From assembly GCA_950097015.1 (NCBI GenBank), contig CATNEN010000029.1, positions 8,122,001 to 8,186,000 of the forward strand: DNA of 64,000 bases, in the 5' to 3' direction. The notes below the pieces were generated by a model. That model saw only the letters and a program-made list of their open reading frames with translations, had not been told where the DNA came from and did no database searches. How positions within the stretch are numbered: the stretch's first letter is position 1; every line of letters starts with the position of its first letter. Shown here in pieces: positions 20,714 to 32,984 of the stretch. Position numbers and translations under genes: made by a program. This DNA comes from Macrostomum hystrix (Eukaryota; Animalia; Platyhelminthes).

Positions 20714-23700
20714 ATGGACATCTCGGATTTCCCGCTGTGCACCTGCCTCTGCTGGCATCCCCAGCTGCCAGGCAAACCGCGGCCAACTGGACCGCCCGAT
20801 GCGGAGCCTGTTTGCCTGGCCGCGGTCTGCCAGCGCGACCAGCTGCTGACCTGCCAGGAGCCGGCTGCGCTGCCAGCCCTGCTGTGCCGTCAGCACCTGG
20901 CGGACTGGCGCAAGCACCGGGTCTGCCCGGCTTGTGGCCAGTTTTGTTGCACCGGTCAGTTTTACCTGTGCCGGCCCGGGCCAACTGGTGTGGCACACCT
21001 GAGCCACAGGGACTGCGCGCCAAGGTGCGACTCTACCGATCAGGTGAGAAAATACTTCTGAAATCATCTTACTTCATGTAGTTCTAAAGCATCAAAGCAT
21101 TAGAAAATCGAAAGCACAGGTTGTTTCTCTCTCTTCCTCACCCAGGTATTTTGCCCGCACTGCGGTCAGGAGGGTCCGGTGCTATGCCAGATGACCGACT
21201 ACGAACCCTCGCCTACAACCAGCACCTGCGACAGCAACGTCACCAACGGTGAGCACAGCAAGCCGCTGCCAGCCAATGACAACATCTGCTGTAGTGAGGA
21301 CGGCGCATCATCGGACGCATCGGAGGGCGAGCAGCAGCTGGCCGGCCAAGTTCTGGACGCCGGTTACACCGACCTGCTGGCCTCCGTGCAGCCGGCCCGC
21401 CGGCCGGCTCCAGACGCAGCCGAGCGCCTCTGGCGCGCCGCCGTAGCCGGCAATTTTCGCAAATCGGCCCGCATCCTGCTGCACAGCGGCGCCAGTCCGC
21501 ACAGGCGCTATCCTAAGCGCAAGGGCCGCTGCCTGCTGCACGCCTGCGCCTTGGCCGACTGTGTCCCACTGGCCCAGCTGCTCCTGGCTGCTCAGGCTGA
21601 CGCCGACTGCTTGGATTATAGTCGTCGAACTCCACTACTGTTGGCCACGCGGAAAGGCAGCCAAGCCGTGGCCCGGCTGCTTCTGTCCGCCGGCGCCGCC
21701 GCTGACGCCGCCGATCTCGGCGGTCACACGCCGGCTCACATGGCCGCCGTGCACGGCTGGTGCGGCCTTCTTCGCCAACTATTCGACGCCTGGCCAGGCC
21801 TGCTAGACAGGCCGGATCTGGGCGGCTGGACGCCGGCGATGTGCGCGGCCGACAGCGGCCAGGCCGACTGTTTGGCCCGCCTGCTGGCCTGGGGCGCCAG
21901 TCCGCACCCGGTGGACAGGGACGGCCGGTCCCTGCTGCACCTGGCTGCCCTGCGGCTGGACAAGCCCAGATTAGTCACCGCCCTGCTGGCTAAGGGGTGA
22001 GTTGTGCCCATACGTACCCAACTCAGTCATGAGAAGACCCCTGAGCACACACTAATACAAGTTGGGGCGCAGCCGCACGTAAATTATCGTGCAATTTACG
22101 CCATTGAGGGCCAACCTCCAAGGCACAGTGAGAGTGTACACTGCCAGACGATGATAGAGTGAGCCTTCGAAAATTATCTGTGTGCGTGTGTGCTCAGGAG
22201 TCAGCGAAATGGGCAGAATTGCCTCCTCGCTGGACGCGGGTCTAGTGTCCCCAAATGATGTGCCATCGCCCACAGCATTTTAACCTCTGTTCAGACTTTT
22301 TCACAAATCGAACTCAATGCAACTGTGTGTGAAAGTCTATTGTATTTATTGTTTGCTACCTTTCTCATAAATCAACTTTCGTCGCAGGTGCAATCCGAAC
22401 CAACCTGACCTATACGGCAACACCCCGCTGCACCTGGCCTGCATTCACGGCCACCACCGGGCCGCCTTCGCACTCTGTCTGGCCGGCGCGGACACCGCCG
22501 CTGTCAATAAGAAACGCGAAACTCCTATCGACCTCTGCCGCGACGCTCCGCTTCGTCAACGCATGGAGGCTGCCGCAGCTGCCGCCGCCGCCGCTGCCGT
22601 AGCTTGCGTCCCCACCGGCGCCGAATCGTCTGTCAACGACTTGAACCTTCTGGCCGCTCCGGAGACTCTGCTGCATCGAGATCTGGCGCGCGGCACCGAG
22701 GCTCTGCCACTGCCGCTCTATTCGCGCGACCCGCTAGCCGAGCCGCCTGAATTCTTCTATTGCAACGAGCTGCGGGAGTCGCCCCACCTGCCCGTGGACC
22801 GCTCCGTCACCATAGTCACCTGCGACTGTCGCGACGGTCGCTGCGACAGCGCCGAGGGCTGTCCGTGTGTGCGCATGTCCAAAGTCGTCGCATACGATAA
22901 CGCCGGCTGCTTAACCGAGCAGTTCCTTGATTGTCGGGCCAGTGACGCTTGCATCTTCGAGTGCGGCCCGCTGTGCTCCTGCTGGGCAAATTGCAACAAC
23001 AGAGTGAGTACTTCAATCCTAAAATTATTCAATTATCCAATACTATATATACTAGTAAAAATTATTACAGCTAGAAGTATGTATATTTAAGCACGAAGCT
23101 TTTATTAATCAAAAGATATCATGTATAATGTGCAACGTCACCCAATGCCTTCTTCGGAGTGTACTTGATGACGTCACCAAAGGCGTCAGCAGATGCGTTA
23201 TAAAAAAGTTTTTATCTAATAACTTTGAACTCGGATACGAGCTATAGTCTCCTATTAAGAGAATTACTTTCATAGAAATCTCTAAAAAATACGAGCCATA
23301 GATCCTAGAGCCTACAGCCACAAGCCAGAGAACTTCAATCTCTCTCAGGTGGTTCAGCGCGGAGTTCGCTACAACTGCGCCGTCTTCCTAACGGACAACG
23401 GGCGCGGCTGGGGCCTCCGCTCCCGTGAGCTCATCCCCACCGGTGGTTACGTGTGCACCTACTCTGGCGAGCTTATCACCGACGCCGAGGCGGATTCCCG
23501 CGCCGACGATTCCTACCTGTTCGACATTGAGTCGCAGCTGGCACCTGCGTCCGGCGCCAATGACAGCCATGCCAACGATGACGACCGCGAAGGTGGCGGC
23601 AACGCCAACGACATCAGCTCGACGCCGGCCGGCGCCTGCGTTGACGCCCGCCGCATCGGCACCGGGGCCAGATTTATCAATCACTGCTGCGAGCCAAACA

Positions 23701-23975
23701 TGCGGCCAGTTCGAGTGTTTCCCGGCCGTCACCAGGACCTGCGCTATCCCAGCCTCTGCTTTTTCACCTGCGCGCCAGTAGCGCCTGGCGAGGAGCTCAG
23801 CTTCGACTACGGCGAGGGCTACTGGCGAGTAAAGGGCCGCCACATGGCCTGCCGCTGTCGGGCGGAGCTCTGTCGCTATTCAGCAGACAAGATGCCCGGC
23901 CTGCTGGCCGCCTGGGAGGGCAAGCTTGGCGTCGCCATGGAGACAGCGGAGCCTGTCGATGCGAGCTTAAACTAG
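20714..23975 (+). CDS. EHMT1/2: G9a/GLP-like H3K9 methyltransferase (Cys-rich region, ankyrin repeats, pre-SET, SET, post-SET); exons 20714-21043, 21146-21996, 22388-23003, 23349-23975; about 807 aa
   Basis: LCRQHLADWRKHRVCPACGQFC...VFCPHCG (EHMT Cys-rich region), ankyrin repeats, IFECGPLCSCWANCNNR|VVQRG, GWGLR, RFINHCCEPN, ELSFDYG, CRCRAELC. Splice phases are consistent. Confidence 0.92.
22063..22280 (+). mobile_element. tRNA-derived SINE family A, headless copy in EHMT intron 2
   Basis: High similarity to 26380-26640 (ttggggcgcagccgc ... ccattgagggccaa ... ggagtcagcgaaatgggcagaattgcctcctcgctgg). Confidence 0.8.
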
Positions 23976-24869
23976 ATAAAAATGAAAGCCGAAGAAAGAC
24001 CCACTGTTTTGTCTTCTGTTGTTAACGCAAAGTAAGCAGTTTTAATTGATTATTTTAAAGCTTAGAAACCTCTCATTCCTTGTTCACTTGTTCAGAAAAG
24101 CTTTTTGTTGCACTAAGCAATTCAATTCCATGGTGCTTTTAATCTCTTTCTGTAAATACAATCAAGTTTGTTTTATAATGTCTTACTGTCATCTTACTGT
24201 CATCTTACTGTCATCTTACTGTAGAAGACCATCTATTGTACTCGTAGCTTCTATTGTCGAAAAATTGAAGGCAGCTTTTCAATAATCAGCGCTATTGTTT
24301 CCTGTTCTGTATGCATTTATGCGCGAACCTACTAAATCTAGTTTAAACTGCCTACGTGGATAAGGCAGTGTGTGCTAATAAACAGGTACCAAGAATTTAG
24401 TAAAAATGAGTAGGTATCTCTCGCGCATTCTCCTTTTTAATTGAATTGCTCACCTGCAGCTAATCGGGCCCTGAACTAGCTCATGCTAGGAAAAAGCAGG
24501 TGTTTGTTCCTGCTGCTATCCCAGTGTTTGCAGGCTGGGCGAGACCCATCAATAAAATTGCTTGTCGAAATTCTTATCCATTGTTCGAGTCGGTTCTTTA
24601 TTATTATCTACGTCAATGAAAAAGTAAAGTGGAACAAGTCTTTGCTATTTGGATGCTTCAGGCTTTGGTTAAACTCAATAGGGTCTCCGTTCTTTTATTT
24701 GATTACAATAGAAAGGGCTTGCCGTTCACAATAGTAAATCTCGAGAACTACTCGTAGTTTTTTACGGAGACCTTTCATTTAGCAAGCAGAGAATTGATGC
24801 GATTGACTGTCATGGTTGATTCATTGTGCAGGTTTATATTGTCTTCGCTAAATTTGCGCCTCCTTGCCG

Positions 24870-25967
24870 TCATTTGCCGGCGCTAGTCTTTGAAGCGGCT
24901 TCAGAAGCAACGCCATCTTTAGCTCTGCTACTATGACCACCGCGGCCCTCTTTATCGGCTCTCCACAGACATTTGGGCACAAAGCGACTGGCGAATGCCG
25001 TGCGAAACTTGCCACCCATGAAGTAGAGAGGCCAGTTCATAGCATTGTTGGCGTACACTAGAGTGTTCAGGTGGCGGAGCAAGATCATGTACTGGTCTGG
25101 GCCCATTCTAATTTTTAAAGATGACTCAAGTTGCGACACAATGCTCCAGGGAAGAGCGGTGACCAGAAAGGTGAGGTTCAGGAACACGAGGATCAAGGTG
25201 ATGCGGATCAGCGATCGGTTTCTCTCCTTGCCGCTGTCCGTCCCAGCCTCCAGCTGCATCCGCCTCGCAGTGCGGTTGTTCCACACCAGCAGCAGGCAGA
25301 TGGCCACGGTGCCGATGACCAGAGCACTCAGCAGGAACACTCGGCCAAAGTAGAGATCCACGGGGTTGTACACGTTCAGGATGTAGTCCAGGCTTTTGAT
25401 GCCGCATACATGGAAACTGTTGCTCCAAGCTCTGTTAATGACCCACATGACTGGAAACACCAGTGCCATGCAGGTGATGAGGCCCAGAAGAGCCCAGCTT
25501 CTCTTGCGGCTCAGGATCTGCTTGGCCTTCAGCGGAGCAGCCACGGCAATGAGTCGATCGACTGTGAGGCCAAGCTGGAAGAACTGAGTGCCCGACAGTG
25601 CGTAGTAAGTCAAGAAGTCGTAGACGACGCACAGAAGAAGACTTATATTTCTTGGAGTCTTGTACCATGTCCAGGCGTTGCCTTTCACGAAGTCCGACAT
25701 GTACAATAGATAATGAGTGGCCGCCTTAAAAGTGAGGATGAGGAAGTCGTTCATGGTGATGACGAGCATGTACTGCCGAGTGACGTACGGGAACACCTTG
25801 CGGTTGGTCGCGATGACGAAGAAGGCGCAGGCGTTCACAATGGCACCCAGAGTGCAAAGTAGTGGAAACAGCCACACGAAGACGTTCCACGTCGCCCAGT
25901 TCCAGGAGGAGTCAAAGAACCAGGGAAACGGCTGATTTTGGAGAACCGCTTCTGTGTCGTTGCTCAT
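24870..25967 (-). CDS. Orphan class A (rhodopsin-like, peptide-receptor-like) GPCR, copy 1, 365 aa, intronless
   Basis: 7 hydrophobic segments; TM1 N, TM2 D (ITMND), DRL, TM4 W, TM6 FLVTALP, TM7 NNAMNWPLY, helix 8 KFR. Confidence 0.92.
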   Translation of the reverse strand: MSNDTEAVLQNQPFPWFFDSSWNWATWNVFVWLFPLLCTLGAIVNACAFFVIATNRKVFPYVTRQYMLVITMNDFLILTFKAATHYLLYMSDFVKGNAWTWYKTPRNISLLLCVVYDFLTYYALSGTQFFQLGLTVDRLIAVAAPLKAKQILSRKRSWALLGLITCMALVFPVMWVINRAWSNSFHVCGIKSLDYILNVYNPVDLYFGRVFLLSALVIGTVAICLLLVWNNRTARRMQLEAGTDSGKERNRSLIRITLILVFLNLTFLVTALPWSIVSQLESSLKIRMGPDQYMILLRHLNTLVYANNAMNWPLYFMGGKFRTAFASRFVPKCLWRADKEGRGGHSSRAKDGVASEAASKTSAGK

Positions 25968-26298
25968 CGCAGTTGCTACTCAGAATGAGTCTGAAATCGC
26001 GGTCCACATTCAGTGCCCTAGTGGGGGCGTGCAGTTAATTTACGAGTACTTAGATTAAGTGCAGGTACTCACTTTTCTCATGCAGAATGTTTCAGTTGGT
26101 GAATGAAGCTGATATTGCTAGACACTCGTGCACACTTGCCAGAAAGCGAAGCTTTAAGAAACCTTTTTACGGTTATCGGCAAGTCGAGTCTTAATTTTCT
26201 CGTTATTAAGCGGGCTGGTTCCAAAAAAACCAACCCCGTCTTTTTGGACTTCTAGTAGAATCAGCCAATTGCAATTTCCGATTATTTTCCGTCAAAGA

Positions 26299-26640
26299 GG
26301 GGTGAGTGGCAGAGCGGTTACCGCGTTTGCCTCTCACACCAAGGTCCTGAGCTCGATTCCGTGGCGATGCCACGCACTTATTTGGGGCGCAGCCGCGGAG
26401 AGAATGTTTATGGCTTTTTGTGCGATTAACGCCATTGAGGGCCAATCTCCAAGGCTACAGGGAAAGTGTACATTGCCTGACGATTAGAAAGTCAGGGCAG
26501 ATGAACACACTTGTGTGAGCGTGTGCCTACGTGCATTATTTGTGTGTGTGTGTTCTTAGGAGTCAGCGAAATTGGGCAGAATTGCCTCCTCGCTGGCTGC
26601 AGGTCTAGTGTCACCAAATGATGTGTCATTGCACTCAGCC
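26299..26640 (+). mobile_element. tRNA-derived SINE family A, near full-length copy
   Basis: A-box TGGCAGAGCGG, B-box GCTCGATTCC, core ttggggcgcagccgcggagagaa, conserved 3' body. Related copies at about 8830-8945(-), 22063(+), 32035(-), 38690(-), 41940(-), 48600(-), 61310(+). Confidence 0.85.
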
Positions 26641-27369
26641 TTCCTACAAATTAATTTTACTTTTTATTCTTTTACTTTTCGAGTATGATTGTGATTTATA
26701 TTAGTAAAAGGATATAAAACTCAGCAGCCTTATGCCGTGCAGTAGTACTAGTGCTAATAAGAAGAAAAATAACAATAAATTTGTGTCTATTTTTAGGTAG
26801 GCTGTAAGTGAACTACGACTCAACGTTACTGACCTAAAAGTATTCTCGCAATCAAAGGACCACAACAGTGGTTGATACTATACAGATTATTCCAAAGCGC
26901 ATTTTAAGCATTTTAAGCTTTTTAAGCTTTAGCTTTGCTAGTCCATTAACGAGAGACTGTGTTGCAGCTCCTTAACAGTAAGAAATGCTCGTCTTCGTTG
27001 ACACGCCGCCAGTGACTTTAGAGACACAATGCTGCTTCAACTGGCCAAGTTTCCTTAAGTTTTACGAGACAATGCAGGTGCTCAACGGGACTAAGAGTTA
27101 AAAACGTTTTTTACGGAAAGTGCAAGCCAAGGTTGTTGCCATTGTGGGTTGTGGATTAAAGTAAAGACTAGCAAAATATTCAAGCAGAATGATGAACGCA
27201 AAACATGCCTCCAAAAAGATTAAATCTTCAATCTCTAACTATAATCGTACCCTCCTAATATCTACTAAATTAGTCCTTAGCAACAACTAAACAAGATTTG
27301 TCTATTGTTAAAACAAAGCAGAGTTTAGTTTTCAAAGTCGGCATCCGACAGAAAAGCATCCCGCCAACC

Positions 27370-28428
27370 CTAGGCCATCTCCAGATTCTCCGTGGCGGAG
27401 TTGGCGTCGCTCTTGCTGCGATAACTGACGCTCGGCACACCGAAATTCCGCAGACAGGGCCGAGCGAACCGTTGGCCAAAGGCTGTGCGGAAGTTGCGGC
27501 CCATGAAGTAGAGAGGCCAGTTCAAGGCATTGTTTGCATACAGCAGAGTGTTTAGGTGACGCATCAATATTATGAAGCTGTTTTCCCCCATCTGCTTCAC
27601 CAGTTCGACTTGCAAAACCAGTCCAATGCTCCAGGGTAGAGCAGTTATAAGGAACGTGAGGTTCAGTAACACGAGGATCAAGGTGATGCGGATCAGCGAT
27701 CGGTTTCTCTCCTTGCCGTTGTCCGTCCCAGCCTCCAGCTGCATCCGCCTCGCAGTGCGGTTGTTCCACACCAGCAGCAGGCAGATGGCCACGGTGCCGA
27801 TGACCAGAGCACTCAGCAGGAACACTCGGCCAAAGTAGAGCTCTACAGGATTGTATACGTAGAGTGCAAAGTTGACATCCCTCACGACACACAATTCATA
27901 TTCTGTGTTCCACTTTCTGTTGCTGACGAACATGACTGGCAATAGCAGTGCCATGCAGGTGATGAGGCCCAGAAGAGCCCAGCTTCTCTTGCGGCTCAGG
28001 ATCTGCTTGGCCTTCAGCGGAGCAGCCACGGCAATGAGTCGGTCGACTGTGAGGCCGAGCTGGAAGAACTGAGTACCAAATAGTGAGTAGTAAGTGATGA
28101 GGTCATAGATAATGCACAATGGAAAGTTGATGTTTCTTGGAGTCTTGTACCAGGTCCAGGCGTTCTCCTTCACAAAAGACATGCTTTGCAAGTAGTGCGT
28201 GGAGGCTTTAAAAGTGAGGATGAGGAAGTCGTTCATGGTGATGACCAGCATGTACTGCCGAGTGACGTACGGGAACACCTTGCGGTTGGTCGCGATGACG
28301 AAGAAGGCGCAGGCGTTTACAACGGCGCCCAGACCACTGAGCAGCGGGAACAGCCATACAAACACCTTCCACGTCACCCAGTTCCATGTTTCGTCGAAGT
28401 ACCATGGCTGCTGAGAGCTTGAGTTCAT
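27370..28428 (-). CDS. Orphan class A GPCR, copy 2, 352 aa, intronless
   Basis: Paralog of copy 1 with the same 7TM motifs. Confidence 0.92.
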   Translation of the reverse strand: MNSSSQQPWYFDETWNWVTWKVFVWLFPLLSGLGAVVNACAFFVIATNRKVFPYVTRQYMLVITMNDFLILTFKASTHYLQSMSFVKENAWTWYKTPRNINFPLCIIYDLITYYSLFGTQFFQLGLTVDRLIAVAAPLKAKQILSRKRSWALLGLITCMALLLPVMFVSNRKWNTEYELCVVRDVNFALYVYNPVELYFGRVFLLSALVIGTVAICLLLVWNNRTARRMQLEAGTDNGKERNRSLIRITLILVLLNLTFLITALPWSIGLVLQVELVKQMGENSFIILMRHLNTLLYANNALNWPLYFMGRNFRTAFGQRFARPCLRNFGVPSVSYRSKSDANSATENLEMA

Positions 28429-29119
28429 GTTCTTACCAATGGCACCTATGGCGAATTTATTTTGCCTGACTTGAGAAAAATTTCTGAATTTAAGGTTCAG
28501 TTAAACTGCAATCTTGCTGCAATCTCGCTGCAATCTCGTTATATATAAATCCTGTCTGAGCTGAGCAAACGTAATCAATGCAAAGTGATGCATTAGGAAC
28601 TAATTCGCGACTGAATCAATAAAATCGATGAGCCTGAAATCTGTCGCTAATACGTGCTACCTCTTCGTGTTCAGACAGGTATATATCTATATGCATTGAT
28701 TGGGCATGATTCGCATTTTTGCTGGCATTGCATTTGAAATCCATGGCTAGATGCTTCCTAGATATTAACCTGCTCAACAAGCGAATGAGCTTGTGCCCTG
28801 CCACTATGACTGGCTTTTAAATTATCAATTAACGCTTTTATGGGTTTTTGCTGCTGATTTTTGTGAAAGCTATTGATGAAATTTCCATACAGTCGTCTTT
28901 TCTTTGGGTCGATGATAATATATTAAATAGAATCGAAGATTATATGATGTTTTAAACATTGCTCTTCCTAACTCTTTATAAGTCTGATGGAAATTTCAGG
29001 GTTTTTATCTTACCAGCTTAGAATATTCTCGTGCACTGTTGCTCGATGGAAAACACCACACTGGTCTCATTATTGTACTCGTAGTAGAAGTGTAATCTAT
29101 ACCTTTGTCCGTAACAAAA

Positions 29120-29300
29120 GTTTCTAGTCTAGTGGCTAGAACTTGGGATTTCTAATCTAGAGGTCAGTGGTTCGTATATCTTAGTAAAATCGTAAGCAGT
29201 TTGCCTCCTTTAGCCAGACACTTTTCCCATTGCTTCACCTCTCCAAACTTTAAAGTTAAATAAATCCAGCATCAGCTGGGGTATAAATCTGGGTGGGTGA
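29120..29300 (+). mobile_element. Degenerate tRNA-derived CORE-like SINE (family B)
   Basis: tagtggctagaac...ggttcg head, cctttagccagacactt core, ccagcatcagctgggg body. Confidence 0.5.
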
Positions 29301-29873
29301 GGCGGCCCCTAGTTCATGTACTGTACGAAGTCTTTAAAACGCAGCGCAATATTTGCTTCTGTGTAACTCGCTGTACACCTAGCACATAGCGGTTAGTTTA
29401 ATTTCTGTTTCATTTTAATAAAAGCTTGGTTCTAGATTACGGAGAATTAATCATCTTAAATAATCTAGACTTTCATATCCAATAAAATGCGCGTGATGAA
29501 CTCAATTTTTATGAAACTCTTTATTCATCTTTTTTTCGTCAGATTTTATTATCAATGACCCATAACTTAGCCACGTTTTTTAAGCTTCTTTGAATTGAAA
29601 AAATGTGAAGTTTCCATTTGCTTGTTTGAGAGTATTTTACCGAAATTTACTACTACCATAGATGAGTAGTGCATTACACTTACGAGAAAAGTCTCAAAAC
29701 ATTTGAGTGTATTATTCAAGGCTCAAAGAACCGGCTGACTTCGTTCGATTGTGTCTGCCTTCATTGAATGCAAATGTAGTTAGCTTAGCAGTCAAATCTA
29801 GTTTAAGAGAACTCAAAAAAGTTTTATATTTTAAGTTGGCTGCTTTTTTAAGCCCTCAGTTTTCACGCCTCAT

Positions 29874-30948
29874 CTAGGACGTCCGCTCGGTCCCTGTTGC
29901 CTGTGCCGCACTGCTACGGATGCGGTAGCTGACGCTGGGCACTCCGAAATTTCTCAAGCATGGCCGGAAGAATCGTTCGCCAAATGCAGCGCGGAAGTTG
30001 CGACCCATGAAGTAGAGAGGCCAGTTCATAGCATTGTTCGCGTATACCAAAGTGTTCAGGTGGCGGAGCAAGATCATGTACTGATCCGAGCTCATTGCTC
30101 TTTTCAGGGACAACTCGAGTTGAGACACAATGCTATATGGCAGTGACGTCATCAGGAACGTAAGATTCAGGAACACGAGGATCAAGGTGATGCGGATCAG
30201 CGATCGGTTTCTCTCCTTGCCGCTGTCCGTCCCAGCCTCCAGCTGCATCCGACTCGCAGTGCGGTTGTTCCACACCAGCAGCAGGCAGATGGCCACGGTG
30301 CCGATGACCAGAGCACTCAGCAGGAACACTCGGCCAAAGTAGAGATCCACGGGGTTGTACACGTTCAAGGACGTAGTCCATGGTTCTTAAAGCACACGTT
30401 TCGGAATTGCGGTTCCAAGTCCTGTTAATGACGTACATTATTGGAAGCACCAGTGCCATGCAGGTGATGAGGCCCAGAAGAGCCCAGCTTCTCTTGCGGC
30501 TCAGGATCTGCTTGGCCTTCAGCGGAGCAGCCACAGCAACGAGTCGATCGACTGTGAGGCCAAGCTGGAAGAACTGAGTGCCCGACAGTGCGTAGTAAGT
30601 CAAGAAATCGTAGACGACGCACGTTGGAAGATTGACGTCTCGTGGAGTCTTGTACCAGGTCCAGGCGTTCTCCTTCACAAAATACATGCTTTGCAAGTAG
30701 TGCGTGGAGGCTTTAAAAGTGAGGATGAGGAAGTCGTTCATGGTGATGACGAGCATGTACTGCCGAGTGACGTACGGGAACACCTTGCGGTTGGTCGCGA
30801 TGACGAAGAAGGCGCAGGCGTTCACAATGGCGCCCAGAGTGCAAAGTAGTGGAAACAGCCACACGAAGACGTTCCACGTCACCCAGTTCCACGACGCGTC
30901 GAAGTACCAGGGGATGTTTTGTGTCCTTGTTGTCGTCTCGTTATCCAT
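29874..30948 (-). pseudogene. Orphan class A GPCR, copy 3, interrupted by a +1 frameshift at about 30367 (pseudogene or assembly indel)
   Basis: Reads GTC CTT GAA CGT where copy 1 has ATC CTG AAC GTG. Removing one T joins ORFs 30133-30948 and 29874-30368 into a full 7TM protein with no other lesions. Confidence 0.8.
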
Positions 30949-32034
30949 TTTGATATTATGTTTTTACCGCCTGTCATAAACATTCAAATGAATAAGATTA
31001 TCTAATCAATGGAGCGCCATGGTAATTGTAGCTCGTATTAGAATTTTGCATCATCGAGGTGTGTTTTAAAGCAACTAAAAAAGACTTTGTATGAAACAGC
31101 CTCTATTAACAAAGTGTGAGCAGACTTTTATTAGATTTACCTGTTTGTAAAAGCCGATTATTTTTTTGTGCCGAGGTTGCTTTAAAGTAATTTAGAAAAA
31201 AGGCTTCGAGAAAGTGATGCAAAGTCTGTGTAAGGACAGTGTGAAATCCACTGTTCTATTTATAATGCGACTAGCATGTGTGCTTTCGGAATTCAAAAAA
31301 CTTTTTTTGCGACGAGTTTGCTCTAAACTCGTTGACGCTCGTTGACGAGCGATTTCTAGCGCTTTTGTCTGATCAGCGTTCGACTCTACTGTACGCGTGT
31401 TTTGTTTCCTTCGGGTATTGTTTATTCAGGTAGCTTAAAGTTTCACATTTTAATCTCTGCTAGTGTCAACAAGAAGCTCTGTTTGCGATTTTGTCTTTTT
31501 CACAGGTACTGAAAAAGTGAGTTTAACTTTTTACGGCGTTGTTTGCCTTCGTAGGCAGTTTCAGTTTTTGATTTGGCCTCGAGGAGGCCTGACTTTAACA
31601 GATGGCTGTCTTGATACTGATGCCATTGTCCAGCAAGTCAAGGCTATGGTATTCTCGTCAAACAAGGATTTGAGTAAACACGCCTTTAAAGCAGAGACTC
31701 GAAGCTGTTTTGAGAAGTAGACCCATTGATGACAGGTCTGATGGACTTTTGTCCTGCAATTAGATTTGTCTGCATCGATGTTAGCGACTTCTCAAAATGT
31801 CTTTAAACCATTTTTACTGAACTGTACAAAACGGGATGCTATATTATGAACACTGCATGTGCATGGAACCAATTTAAAGTTGTTTTTTTCTTGTTCAGTC
31901 AGAAATTTATATTTTTTATAAAATTGAAACGTACAGGTACATCGATTTTTATCCAGACATTGTCATTGAACCAGCAAAAAAAGATACCTTATATAATTTC
32001 AGGAAGGCTGCGGGCAATGGCATATTAATTAATG

Positions 32035-32285
32035 ACTCTAGACCTGCAACCAGCGAGCAGGCAACTCTGCCCATTTCGCTGACTCCTGAGCACACACGCA
32101 CACAGATGCCATACACAGACACACACTCACACAAGTTTGAACATTTGCCCCGACTTTCTCAACGTCAGGCAAGCCTTCTCTCCGCGGCTGCAACCCAAAT
32201 GAGTGTGGCCTCACCGCGGAATTGAGTTCAGGAACCTTCGCGCAAAATCTAAACGCGTTAGACCGCTCTGCCACTCACCCCACAC
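32035..32285 (-). mobile_element. tRNA-derived SINE family A copy
   Basis: Reverse complement of the head (gagtggcagagcggtctaacgcg), core (gggttgcagccgcggagagaaggc) and 3' body. Confidence 0.8.
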
Positions 32286-32984
32286 CTGACCACCTTAGCT
32301 TGTTAGAACTAGATTAAGGGAAACTCAGGAAAGCTAAGTTCCAAGCAAAGACTAAGTACCAGAATATGAGGTAAGCCTTAATAATTAGGCACCTGGTCTT
32401 GTGGTCTCTTTCGAGTTTGATTACTCACTAAAAGTCCACGAAAGGCGACAGTCTTGTTCGTTTCTCCTTCGTTCGTTTATTTAACAGTTTTAGTCGTGTT
32501 GACTTTTTATTCTTTACTGATTGCTTTTTCAATCAATATTCAATGCTGCAGCATTTTCTTTTATTTTAGAAATTCATATACGGCTCGTGAAGCCTCTGAA
32601 TGGAATGTCCGGGCAAGCTGGACAGAAATTCCGGGCACTCGTTCCACTGATTTTACCGGTCTGGCGTAGCAAATCAGTTTCTGAAAGATATATAATTATT
32701 ATGGACACAAGTTAAATAAAATTTCCGTTGGCGTTCATACACTATTAAAAATTTGACATGAAATTTCCCTGAAAAATATATCAGATTTTAGGTAGTTAGT
32801 AGTACAGACACATAAGCATCAACATTTCGACTTAAAAATCGAATAAGCTAGCGTGCGAAGCTCAGCGATCAGCCAGACAGAAGTTGAATCTAAGGCCGAT
32901 TCCTGCTTAGATGCACCTGGGTCAAGTAAGGCCTCAAATAAAATCAGTTGCCTTTGCAAATCATTGCAAATCAAAGCTGCATGA

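Noticed and set aside
26299-26375. tRNA genes at SINE heads (also 33230-33295)
   Set aside because: A/B boxes are present but acceptor and anticodon stems are broken and they continue into repeat bodies; these are SINE heads.
31328-31360. Hairpin CGCTCG-TTGA-CGAGCG followed by CTAG as a Helitron 3' end
   Set aside because: Spacer is only 4 nt, the base after CTAG is C rather than T, and no 5' TC end or related copy was found.
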